Below are positions 37,320 to 46,117 of a stretch of DNA of 64,000 nucleotides, one piece after another. Within the stretch, counting starts at the first letter, position 1. Each line of letters begins with the position of its first letter. The DNA comes from Acidobacteriota bacterium (GTDB lineage: Bacteria > Acidobacteriota > UBA6911 > RPQK01 > JAJDTT01): positions 96,001 to 160,000 of the forward strand of contig OZ242374.1 of assembly GCA_965209055.1 (NCBI GenBank). Reading direction: 5' to 3'. The translations under genes and the position numbers were made by a program. Below the pieces are notes generated by a model. The model did no database searches. It saw only the letters and a program-made list of their open reading frames with translations, and was not told where the DNA came from.

Positions 37320-38861
37320 ATGCTGAAGGGCGCACGAGTACGCATGAAGATTCGCGATGATGGAATTCTCCGACGTTCTGGTGCGCTGACGGAAACAGCG
37401 CGGTCGCAGCGTGGCGTACCCCCGGGCGCATGCCGATCCGGCTCGCCGTCGTATCGCGGAGATGACACAGACGGAGACACGGCTGTCCCCGGTCTGCGGA
37501 ACATTTCCTATTTTTCCTTTTTCCTCAAGCGGATCGTGTTGGCCGGCGTCGTCTGGACGCTGTCGTTGACGGCTGCTCCCGCTAGCGGCGACGACCAGGA
37601 AAAAGATGAGAAGAAGGCTCCGGCCGCGACTGAACGCAGCGTGGGAAACGAGCTTCCCAGTTGGGTTTCTCTCGCCGGCGAGTTCCGCGGCCGCTTCGAA
37701 GGTCGCCGGAGCCTGGGTTACCGGAAGGGGAACGACGACGGATACGGTCTGATCCGGACCCGTCTGGACCTGGGGCTCACACCGGCCTCCTGGCTGAAGT
37801 TCGGGTTTCAGGGACAGGACGCCAGTGCACCGGGCATCCGTGAAGGGTTGCCGAACATCGGAGTCTTCCGCGACGGGTTCGACTTGCGGCAGGCATACGC
37901 CCAGGTCGGGAGCGAGAACTCACCGGTCACGTTGACTGTGGGCCGCCAGGTCCTGGCCTATGGAGATCAGCGCCTCGTCGGCGCGTTGAACTGGACCAAC
38001 ACCTCCCGGGCCTTTGACGCCGTAAAGCTCCAATTCCGCGGAGACGGGGCCCGGGTCGACGTCTTCTCAGCGCAAGTGGTGCAGAACGACCCTGCGGTTC
38101 GAATCAACCGCTCCATGGAAGGGAACAACCTGCATGGCGTGTACGGCGCCATCGAAAACGTGATCCCCGGCTCCACCCTGGAACCCTACCTCCTGTTGCG
38201 GTCGGCTGCTTCCGTCGTCAACGAGTTGAACCAGAGAGGCAAGCTCAACCGCTACACCATGGGCTTGAGAGCTTGGGCGAAGGGGCTGGGGCCCTGGGAC
38301 TACAACCTGGCTATGGTCCGGCAGTGGGGCGACATGGCCGGCGCGGTGATCGACGCCTGGGGCTATTACGTGGAGTTGGGCTATTCCATCGCCGCCGAAT
38401 CGAGCCCCAGGCTCTATGTTCACTATAACTTCGGCTCGGGTGACGAGGACGCCAGCGACGGCCGGGCGGGCGCCTTTGACAACCTGTATCCCACCGCCCA
38501 CTTCCACTATGGCTACAACGACCTGGTGGGCTGGCGCAATCTGAAGGACATCCGGCTCGGAGCCGAGTTCAAGCCCCATCCGAAGTTTGGACTGACTGTC
38601 GATTTCCATTCCTTCTGGCTGGCCACGGGCAATGACGCCCTCTACAACGTTTCGGGGGTATTGTCCGTTGCGCCGCCGGCCGGCGGGGCCACCGACCTGA
38701 AGGTCGGAAACGAGCTGGACGCCATGTTCACGATGCCGGTGTCCAAGGCCGTGAACCTGGGCGGCGGCATCGGCTACCTGTTCCCCGGTCCCTTTCTCAA
38801 GGCCAATACGCCAGGGGACGGGAACACCTTCACCTACCTGGTCGCGTCGTACAGGTTCTGA
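37320..38861 (+). CDS. Alginate-export-family outer-membrane porin (start uncertain, probably well downstream)
   Basis: GEFRGRFE, DLRQAY, GRQVLAYGDQRLVG..NWTN, GSGD, FDNLYPTAH, C-terminal YRF. Confidence 0.8.
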   Translation: MLKGARVRMKIRDDGILRRSGALTETARSQRGVPPGACRSGSPSYRGDDTDGDTAVPGLRNISYFSFFLKRIVLAGVVWTLSLTAAPASGDDQEKDEKKAPAATERSVGNELPSWVSLAGEFRGRFEGRRSLGYRKGNDDGYGLIRTRLDLGLTPASWLKFGFQGQDASAPGIREGLPNIGVFRDGFDLRQAYAQVGSENSPVTLTVGRQVLAYGDQRLVGALNWTNTSRAFDAVKLQFRGDGARVDVFSAQVVQNDPAVRINRSMEGNNLHGVYGAIENVIPGSTLEPYLLLRSAASVVNELNQRGKLNRYTMGLRAWAKGLGPWDYNLAMVRQWGDMAGAVIDAWGYYVELGYSIAAESSPRLYVHYNFGSGDEDASDGRAGAFDNLYPTAHFHYGYNDLVGWRNLKDIRLGAEFKPHPKFGLTVDFHSFWLATGNDALYNVSGVLSVAPPAGGATDLKVGNELDAMFTMPVSKAVNLGGGIGYLFPGPFLKANTPGDGNTFTYLVASYRF

Positions 38862-38942
38862 CGGCGGAATGGATCGGCGGCCCTGGTCTTCGCCGGGACA
38901 CCCGTCCGGACATGACGCTCCGGACCGGGCGGCCTCCGGCTC

Positions 38943-39680
38943 CTATACCTGAGCCCTCTCCAGAAGGACGGTGACCCCCATGTCCAGGTATTTCTGGCGG
39001 GTTTCGGGCGTGTAGTTGCGGAAGAGGACCTTGGTGCCGGTTCCGCGAAGCTGCTCGCAGGTGTGCCGGACACAGTCGTCGACACTCTTGAACGGGTGGT
39101 GGGGGTGGCTCTCCAGGCTGAACGTCAGGTCCATGGGCCCGAAGGAGAGACAATCCACGCCCGATTGAGCCAATTGCCGGGAGGCGGTCACGGCCGCCAC
39201 CGACTCGAGCTGCATCCAGAGGACACCCGTCTCACCCCACCAGCGCCGGTACTCCCGGTGATCGTCCTCGGGATTGAAGTTCAGCCGGTGAACGCCGCCC
39301 CAACTGCGGACACCGTCCGGGGCGTAATAGAAGTTGTCCACGGCTTCGCGAACCGTCTCCACGGTCTCGACCTGCGGCACCTCGATGCCGGCCGGACCCA
39401 GGTCCAGGACGTTTCCGATCAGGTAGGTATGCCGTGTGTGCTTGATTCGGAACTGCACCGGCATGTCCAGTTCGGCCGCGACGGCGCAAACCCGGATCAG
39501 GTTCGACTCGTTGTAGGCGTCATGCTGGCTGTCGACCCACAGGAAATCGTAGGAGCCGGTCTCGGCGATGGGACGGAGCATCTCGTCCCCGGCCGTGGGT
39601 GGAGCGTACGCGCCGATAATGATTTCGCCTGCGTGGATGCGTTTTTTCAGAGCTGCCGCGCGGGCGCTGATGGAGGTCAT
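38943..39680 (-). CDS. HpcH/HpaI aldolase/citrate lyase family protein
   Basis: DFLWVDSQH, LDLGPAGIEVPQVET, P.GVRSWG, MQLES, FGPMDL. Confidence 0.8.
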   Translation of the reverse strand: MTSISARAAALKKRIHAGEIIIGAYAPPTAGDEMLRPIAETGSYDFLWVDSQHDAYNESNLIRVCAVAAELDMPVQFRIKHTRHTYLIGNVLDLGPAGIEVPQVETVETVREAVDNFYYAPDGVRSWGGVHRLNFNPEDDHREYRRWWGETGVLWMQLESVAAVTASRQLAQSGVDCLSFGPMDLTFSLESHPHHPFKSVDDCVRHTCEQLRGTGTKVLFRNYTPETRQKYLDMGVTVLLERAQV

Positions 39681-39822
39681 GGTCGTTCTCCTGTCGGGAC
39701 GGTTGGTGAATCAAAGGGCAGATTATACACCGCGTCGAAGTCCGGGGAGCGTCCCGGCGGGCACGGATTCGGGCTGATAGACTCTCGGCGATCGATTCCA
39801 TCACAGGAGTGTGAGGTGAGCC

Positions 39823-40704
39823 ATGCACAGACTTTCCCAGGGTCCTCTCTACTACGAATACAGCCGGCACAATGAAGTGCGTCTGCGGATCGAGCCTGGA
39901 GAGAAGGTGCTGGTCGAGGCTGAAGACGCCTTCTCGGGGCAGGTGCGGACCAACGAGGATCGCCGCGACCGGAAGGCGATGCCTTTCGGCAACCCGCAGA
40001 CCGGTCCCATCTACGTGAACGGTGCGCGACCCGGAGATGCGCTGGCCGTCCATATCCACGAGATTCGCCCCAGTATCGGCCAATGCGCCACCCGGACCAG
40101 CGATCCCAAGCAGCTCGCCGAGTGGATCGGCACGGACTGTCCCCACGGCACCCACGTCTGCCCCATCCGGGACGGAAAGATCTATTGGAGCGACGAGATC
40201 ACGATTCCGTATCGGCCCATGCTGGGTTGCATCGGGACGGCTCCGGACATGGGAGTGCCCACCACGGGTCCCGCAGGACCCCACGGGGGCAACATGGACA
40301 TCATCGAGACCGGTCCCGGCAGCACCGTCTATCTCCCGGTCTACGTTCCGGGCGCCTACCTCTATCTGGGAGACGCCCACGCCGCCATGGGCCATGGCGA
40401 ACTCTCGGCCAGCGGGCTCGAAATGCCTTCGGAGACGATCATCACCGTGGACCTGATCCGCGAAAAGACCATTCCCGGACCCCGGATCGAGTCGGCGGAA
40501 GAGATCATGACCGTGGCCACCGGCTGTCCCATGGAACGGGCCACGGCTCAGGCCTACGCCTGGCTCATCCTCTGGATGGAGGAGGAATATGGCTGGAACC
40601 GCTGGAAAGCCTACGATCTGCTGACCCACGTGGGCCGGATCTCGGTCGGCTACTACGCCATCGGGACGGTGGCGGCCAAGATCGCCAAGGAGTACCTGGC
40701 CTGA
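39823..40704 (+). CDS. Acetamidase/formamidase family protein
   Basis: NPQTGPIYVNGARPGDAL, PMLGCIGTAP, HGGNMD, GDAHAAMGHGE. Confidence 0.9.
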   Translation: MHRLSQGPLYYEYSRHNEVRLRIEPGEKVLVEAEDAFSGQVRTNEDRRDRKAMPFGNPQTGPIYVNGARPGDALAVHIHEIRPSIGQCATRTSDPKQLAEWIGTDCPHGTHVCPIRDGKIYWSDEITIPYRPMLGCIGTAPDMGVPTTGPAGPHGGNMDIIETGPGSTVYLPVYVPGAYLYLGDAHAAMGHGELSASGLEMPSETIITVDLIREKTIPGPRIESAEEIMTVATGCPMERATAQAYAWLILWMEEEYGWNRWKAYDLLTHVGRISVGYYAIGTVAAKIAKEYLA

Positions 40705-40803
40705 CCCGCGTTTTTCGCGCGTCTTGAAGAGCCGCCGGCAACAGCGGCGCCTTCCCGCCTGCCGCTGCCGCTCCTACACCGGGAGGGGGGACCCGGCTCG
40801 CCG

Positions 40804-41961
40804 TCAGTTTTCGTCCGGCCGGATGAAGAATACGTATTCGTTGGTGTCGCGTCCCCGGTAGATGATGCTGTAGATCACCATAAGCTCGTCCGGGACCGAA
40901 TCGTCGTAGGTGTTGATGACGCAGTTCTGCCCGTAACCGTCGGGGTGCCCCTCGTCGCCGCTGACGATGATCCCTTCTCCCCAATTGACACCGTCGTCGG
41001 ACTGGTAGAGGACATAGCGGCGGCTCCCCTCGCTGTAGTGTCCCGATCTGCCGTGCAGATAGTACTTGCCGCCGAGGTAGGCGAGCTCGGGATCGCGAAT
41101 CATCTTGTCCAGGAAGGCTTTCTTCTGGGGACTCCAGGTATGCCCCTGGTCCTTGCTGATGCAGTAGTAGAAGTGATCCTCGTCGGCTGACTTATAGGCC
41201 CCAGCCAGCAACCGGCCGTCCTCCATGATGGTCATGGTTCCGTACCATGCCTCATCGTCCAACGACATGGCGCTTCTCTTGCTCCATGTGCGCCCATCGT
41301 TCTGGCTGACGTAAAGGACGTGGGGACCCCCATGGCTGTCGACCATGACGTAGTTGGTCTCTCCCACCACCGCCGTGGAGCAGGGATAGCCGACGAATTT
41401 GCCGTCCAGGGTTTCGTAATCGGACCACGTGCCCCCATTGTCGTAGCTTCGGATCAGCCCCAGCTTGATCCGGGTTTCTTCGGAGCGGACCCGGAATTGG
41501 GTCAGAAACAGGACAATGGTGCCTTGCTCCGTGACCAGACCCTCCTCGACCCAGACCGGATGCTTCTGATCCCGGGCGTAGGCCTCGAAGGAGTATGGGA
41601 GCTTGTTGTACCGGTCCCAGGTCTTGCCCCGGTTCCGGCTGACGGCGTACTCGCTCCAACCGTCCAGGTTGTGGTCGCTGGTGTTGGCGTAGAAGGCAAC
41701 GATGTCGCCGTTGGGGTATTCCATGCACACCGGACCTCCGTGGGAGCATCGCCCGGGCGCATCGTTCTCGAAATCCGCGATGACGTTGCCGAAGATGTCA
41801 TCGCCCACCTTGGTGGACGGGTCGTGATCGTAGATCACCGCGCCGTCAATGGGATGGTACTGTCCGGAATCCTGCGCCAGCAGATGCCGGGGCAATGGAG
41901 CGAACATCCACCCAAGGGCCAATACCAGGACTGCAACCAGATCCACTCGCCGACTTGTCAT
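40804..41961 (-). CDS. Secreted BNR/Asp-box (sialidase-fold) protein
   Basis: Signal peptide; Asp-boxes SRNRGKTW, SYDNGGTW, SQNDGRTW, SKDQGHTW, SDDGVNW. Confidence 0.8.
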   Translation of the reverse strand: MTSRRVDLVAVLVLALGWMFAPLPRHLLAQDSGQYHPIDGAVIYDHDPSTKVGDDIFGNVIADFENDAPGRCSHGGPVCMEYPNGDIVAFYANTSDHNLDGWSEYAVSRNRGKTWDRYNKLPYSFEAYARDQKHPVWVEEGLVTEQGTIVLFLTQFRVRSEETRIKLGLIRSYDNGGTWSDYETLDGKFVGYPCSTAVVGETNYVMVDSHGGPHVLYVSQNDGRTWSKRSAMSLDDEAWYGTMTIMEDGRLLAGAYKSADEDHFYYCISKDQGHTWSPQKKAFLDKMIRDPELAYLGGKYYLHGRSGHYSEGSRRYVLYQSDDGVNWGEGIIVSGDEGHPDGYGQNCVINTYDDSVPDELMVIYSIIYRGRDTNEYVFFIRPDEN

Positions 41962-42199
41962 CGTCTTTCCTCCTCTGGTTCGGAAACGTTGCGAGGGACA
42001 TTATCCTCTCTAGTCACCTCACTTCAACAATCTGGGGAAAAAGTCCCATGTAGAACTGAGGCGGGGCTACGTACGTCGGCCGGACAAGGCGTGACGAGTA
42101 GACCTGTTCGACCCTTTGTGAACGAGGAGCGACCGAGTCAGCCGGATTACAGAACCGGCCGAATGCCGTGACGACTCCTGGCATGGCCTGTCCACGGAA

Positions 42200-42349
42200 A
42201 CGCTCTCGATATTGACTGATTTGAGCGATTGCCAGCTCGATATCTTCAAGGAGAGCTTGTCCTATACCTGGGCTCTCGGCCTCGTAGTAGCTTGTGGCAC
42301 GGTGCAACTCTTCCTCAGCTTCGGGGTGGAAAACAACCCGGCGGTTCAC
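42200..42349 (-). pseudogene. Truncated RelE/ParE-family toxin
   Basis: First ~49 aa (VVFHPEAEEELHRATSYYEAESPGIGQALLEDIELAIAQI) are ParE-like and overlap the antitoxin stop; the expected RFPY..Y..ILAVAH half is absent and the frame runs on to 42014 in unrelated sequence. Confidence 0.6.
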
Positions 42350-42570
42350 CCCAGCCGCGCCCTGGCGTCCAGGATCACATCTTCCGCGCGTCTCGCCTCA
42401 ACAACTCCTCGTTCTATCTGGTCGTTCCTTCGTTCCGCTTCTTCCACCCACAGGCGTTCGACCTCAGCCTCAGAGAGAGCGTCGAGGCTGTTCAACAGTT
42501 TCTTGGCCAGTCTGGCGCGGGAGGCCGGATTCAGCCGGAGCGCTTCGGTTTCGAGTTCTTTGAGGGTCAT
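42346..42570 (-). CDS. Putative addiction-module antitoxin (TIGR02574-like)
   Basis: 74 aa: EALRLNPASRARLA..LLNSLD..VERLWVEEAERR..IERG. Confidence 0.82.
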   Translation of the reverse strand: MTLKELETEALRLNPASRARLAKKLLNSLDALSEAEVERLWVEEAERRNDQIERGVVEARRAEDVILDARARLG

Positions 42571-42860
42571 GGCCGCACCGCCTTTTTCTATCTTCGTTCC
42601 ATTATACGCTCCTTGGATGAGGAGCCTGCACATGACTTGATCCTGCGTAGCCGCGACCCAAAATCGCTCGTGTTCCGGACCCGCTTCAACGACTGCCGCA
42701 AGAAGGACCCCATAGTGTGCCAGTTTTTCGAGTGCCACCAGAAAGAAGATCTCAGGAGTCCTCTCCGGTGTTGACCGGATCGTGATCGTGGGCGCCGGTG
42801 CGAACGGCAAAGTGGTACCATTCCCCAACGCTTCCGGTCCCCAATCGCAGGAGAACAGTG

Positions 42861-43520
42861 ATGAACAAGACAGGCCCCCTGTTCCTTGCCGCATTCCTGG
42901 TGGGCGCTCTCGCCTCGTTCCCGGTATCGGCTCAGAATGCGGATCCCAAGATGAGTTTCTTCATCGTCAGCTCCGGCGCCGGGAACGGTGCCGATCTGGG
43001 CGGACTTGCCGGAGCCGACCAGCGCTGCCGGATGCTGGCACGGGCCGTCGGTGTCGGCGACAAGACCTGGCGTGCGTACCTGAGCGCGACGGCGTCGGAT
43101 GGCGAGGCGGCCGTCAACGCCCGGGACCGGATCGGCAGCGGGCCCTGGCACAACGCCAAGGGCGTCCAGGTCGCCCGGGACGTCGACGATCTGCACTCGG
43201 ACAACAACAACCTCACCAAGGAAACGCAAGTGAACGAGTTGGGGTTGATGGTCAACGGACGTGGGGACAGTCCCAACCGGCACGATATCCTGACCGGTTC
43301 CCAGTTGGACGGCACGGCCTTCCCGGCCGGCAAGGACACCACCTGCGGGAACTGGACCAGCCACGGCGAAGGAAGCGCCCAGGTCGGCCATCACGACCGC
43401 ACCGGCGGGGGCCAGAATCCCTCCTCCTGGAACTCGGCACACGGTTCCCGGGGCTGCAGCCAGGAGAACCTGCAGGGTACCGGAGGCGATGCGCTGTACT
43501 ACTGCTTCGCTACCGATTGA
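42861..43520 (+). CDS. Secreted lectin-like protein (endostatin/C-type-lectin-like fold)
   Basis: AGGAG RBS, signal peptide; FFIVS, DLGGLAGADQRC, WRAYLS, NARDRIG.GPW, HDILTGS, TCGNWTS, LYYCFA. Confidence 0.75.
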   Translation: MNKTGPLFLAAFLVGALASFPVSAQNADPKMSFFIVSSGAGNGADLGGLAGADQRCRMLARAVGVGDKTWRAYLSATASDGEAAVNARDRIGSGPWHNAKGVQVARDVDDLHSDNNNLTKETQVNELGLMVNGRGDSPNRHDILTGSQLDGTAFPAGKDTTCGNWTSHGEGSAQVGHHDRTGGGQNPSSWNSAHGSRGCSQENLQGTGGDALYYCFATD

Positions 43521-43581
43521 AGCCTCCGTCCCGTCGGGTCAATCGATCGAGCTTTCGAGCCGTTCCACCCCTGCGAGGCCC

Positions 43582-44925
43582 TTGGCAAGCCAGCCGGCGC
43601 CGGAGTCGTCATTAGGGAACAGGCGAACTTTCTTCAGAGACACGTGGCGGCTGGCCGCCGCCCTCGTTTGGGCACCGGGCTCTGCGTTTCCCCAGACTGC
43701 GCTGGGAAGTGCTCCAACCGGCTCCGGCCGACTGGAGAAGGTGCGGGATTTCGATATTCGGAAGGATCCCCGCTATTACTATGGTCCGGGACCCTCTCCG
43801 GTCATCTTTCCGGACGGCGAGATCCTTCTGGCTTTCCGCCGGCATCCCGCCGCCGCCCGCAAGCACACTCACATCGAAACGGAGAATTTCGTCGTCAGTT
43901 CCCGTGACGGCGGACAAACCTGGGGAACTCCCGTCCCCGTCGACTACGGGGGCGTCCACAACGTCAATCTGACCCTGCTCGCGGACGGTTCGGTCCTCTA
44001 CTGCACCGCGGTCATGGAGACCGTCACCAGGGCCTCCTATGAGCGGGTTCGAGCCTTGCCCCAGGAAAGGGTTCCAGGCGGCGCCGGACGCTATCGCCTG
44101 TCCTACAGCGCCGAGGAACTGGGAATCTACGCCGTGATCTCGGGCGTCAGCGTGAGGCGATCCCTGGATCGAGGTCGAACCTGGAGTCCCCGCTACTGGG
44201 TCTCTCCCATCGACGGCGTTCCTTCCCTGCTGCCGGGGGCTCCTTCACCCGCGAACCTCAGGAGTCCCGTGATCCAGCTCCACAGTGGACGGCTCGTTCT
44301 TCCCGTGTATTCCTATCCCAATCCATGGCGTGCGGCCCTGATGGAATCGCCGGACATGGGCAAGAGCTGGTCGTTCGTTGGAGAAATCGCGGGACCCTCG
44401 GACCCGTTGCAGTTGCCTTCCGGCGGCCTGGTCGACGGCGCCGTCGCCTACAACGAGACCTTCGTCCAGGAGACGGCCTCGGGCAGGTTGGTGGCTTTCA
44501 TCCGGATTCACGCCGGCGCCACCGAGCGCCAGCGTGAGAATTGGGGCGGGGACGTGAATCCGGCCGGCCGTCTGGTGACGGCGTCCTCCGACGACGGCGG
44601 GAGGACCTGGAGCGCGCCGGTGCGCCATCGGCTCTGGGGTTATCCCTATTGGGCCACGGCGCTGCCCAGCGGACGGATCCTCCTGGCCTACGGATACCGC
44701 CAAGAGCCCTTCGGCGTCCGGGCGCGCCTGCTGGACCCGGAGTGCAGGCATATCGACGAGGCCGAGGAACTGGTGGTGCGGGATGACGGATTCATGCGCG
44801 ATCTGGGTTATCCCCAAGGCGCCCTGATGCAGGACGGGCGGGTCCTCCTGACCTATTACTTCAACCGCCAGCGGGAAGAGGGGAGGCACGTCTACCTGGC
44901 GGCCTCCATCCTGGAGGAGGTCTGA
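43582..44925 (+). CDS. Tat-exported BNR/sialidase-fold protein (start TTG 43582 inferred)
   Basis: NRRTFF twin-arginine motif; Asp-boxes SRDGGQTW, SLDRGRTW, SPDMGKSW, SDDGGRTW; DLGYP. Confidence 0.75.
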   Translation: MASQPAPESSLGNRRTFFRDTWRLAAALVWAPGSAFPQTALGSAPTGSGRLEKVRDFDIRKDPRYYYGPGPSPVIFPDGEILLAFRRHPAAARKHTHIETENFVVSSRDGGQTWGTPVPVDYGGVHNVNLTLLADGSVLYCTAVMETVTRASYERVRALPQERVPGGAGRYRLSYSAEELGIYAVISGVSVRRSLDRGRTWSPRYWVSPIDGVPSLLPGAPSPANLRSPVIQLHSGRLVLPVYSYPNPWRAALMESPDMGKSWSFVGEIAGPSDPLQLPSGGLVDGAVAYNETFVQETASGRLVAFIRIHAGATERQRENWGGDVNPAGRLVTASSDDGGRTWSAPVRHRLWGYPYWATALPSGRILLAYGYRQEPFGVRARLLDPECRHIDEAEELVVRDDGFMRDLGYPQGALMQDGRVLLTYYFNRQREEGRHVYLAASILEEV

Positions 44926-44950
44926 GGCAGAGCATGAGACCGCCTCCGGG

Positions 44951-46117
44951 TCAGGAGCGGGCTCGCCGTTGTCCCGGAATGCTGTGCAGCAGGCCCCTCA
45001 TGTAACCCACGGCGAAGGCGATGTACTGCTTCGGCAAGGGCTCGTCTCCCGTAATTCCCATGGCGTGGTCGTAGTCGATGACCCCCTCGTAGTCCACCTC
45101 CGCCAGGGTCCTCAGCACCTTCTCCATCTCCATGTCCCCCTCGTCCACGGCGACCTCGGAGTATCCCCCGTTGGCCGGAAGGGTGCCGCGAACGTTCCGG
45201 AAATGGACGTGGAACAGCTTATCCTGGCTCCCGAAATGCCGGATGCCTTTGAGCACGTCCTCTCCGGATTCGTACCGTGTCCCGACGCAGAAGGTGATCC
45301 CGTTGTTGGGACTGGGGACTTCCGAGAACAGGCGGTCGAAGTCCTTGAACCGGCACAGAATCTGAGGATTTCCCAGGTATTCGTAAAGCGGGGGGTCGTT
45401 GCCGTGCATGGCGACCCGGGTGCGGCTCCCGTCGACGACGGGGATGACCTGGCGATAGATGTTCAGGAGGCCGTCCCAGAGCTGCTGCGAGGTGACGCGG
45501 TACCTGGGAGGGGCCGCCGCCTTGGACTTCTCCAGGTCGAAGGAATAGTACTCGTAGCCTCCGCGGCCGCGCGGACGGCTCCAGGCGGTCCTCCGGTAGT
45601 CCAGGTGCAGGGCCGCCTGGCAGGCCTGGATACCGTAGACCGGGATCTCGAACTCGGCCAGGATCTCTCCGATCCGCTTCAGGTTGTCGATTTGTTTCTG
45701 GCCGCCGGGCCGCCCCAGGTGGGCGTCCAGGTAGTGGGGGCCCAGGGAGTTGGCCCGTTCGATGCGAAGTCCGACTCTCCGGAGCCGGTCGGTCAGCCGC
45801 CGGAAAGCGTCCCGGGTAAAGCTGCCGGTCTCGTTGTAGCCCTCGACCATGCTCAGGACGATGTCCACGTAGTCGACGCCGATCTGCTTCAGGAAACGAA
45901 GGTCGACGTCGTCCTCGCTCTTCATCCAATTGGCGTTGACGCGGGTGCCGATGCGGATTCGAGGCCGGTTCGACGGGGTTGCTTTCCTTACCGGGGCGGG
46001 CTGTGAGCAGGCGCCGAGCGTGGCCGCCAGCCCGGCCTGGCCCAGGAAGGTTCTCCGGGTGGAATCGAGGGGTCCGTTCATGAAGGTCCTCCTGGCGTTG
46101 TTCGAGCGGCGCGTCAT
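44951..46117 (-). CDS. Mannonate dehydratase (UxuA)-like TIM-barrel protein with Tat/lipoprotein signal
   Basis: TRRTFL..LGAC; AMHGNDPP, SPNNGITFCVG, HVHFRNVRG, DEGDMEM, DYDH, AFAVGYMRGL. Confidence 0.8.
   Translation of the reverse strand: MTRRSNNARRTFMNGPLDSTRRTFLGQAGLAATLGACSQPAPVRKATPSNRPRIRIGTRVNANWMKSEDDVDLRFLKQIGVDYVDIVLSMVEGYNETGSFTRDAFRRLTDRLRRVGLRIERANSLGPHYLDAHLGRPGGQKQIDNLKRIGEILAEFEIPVYGIQACQAALHLDYRRTAWSRPRGRGGYEYYSFDLEKSKAAAPPRYRVTSQQLWDGLLNIYRQVIPVVDGSRTRVAMHGNDPPLYEYLGNPQILCRFKDFDRLFSEVPSPNNGITFCVGTRYESGEDVLKGIRHFGSQDKLFHVHFRNVRGTLPANGGYSEVAVDEGDMEMEKVLRTLAEVDYEGVIDYDHAMGITGDEPLPKQYIAFAVGYMRGLLHSIPGQRRARS

Noticed and set aside
42600-42790. Coding-looking fragment between the antitoxin and lectin-like genes
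   Set aside because: No recognisable family, start or RBS; cannot be supported without a search.
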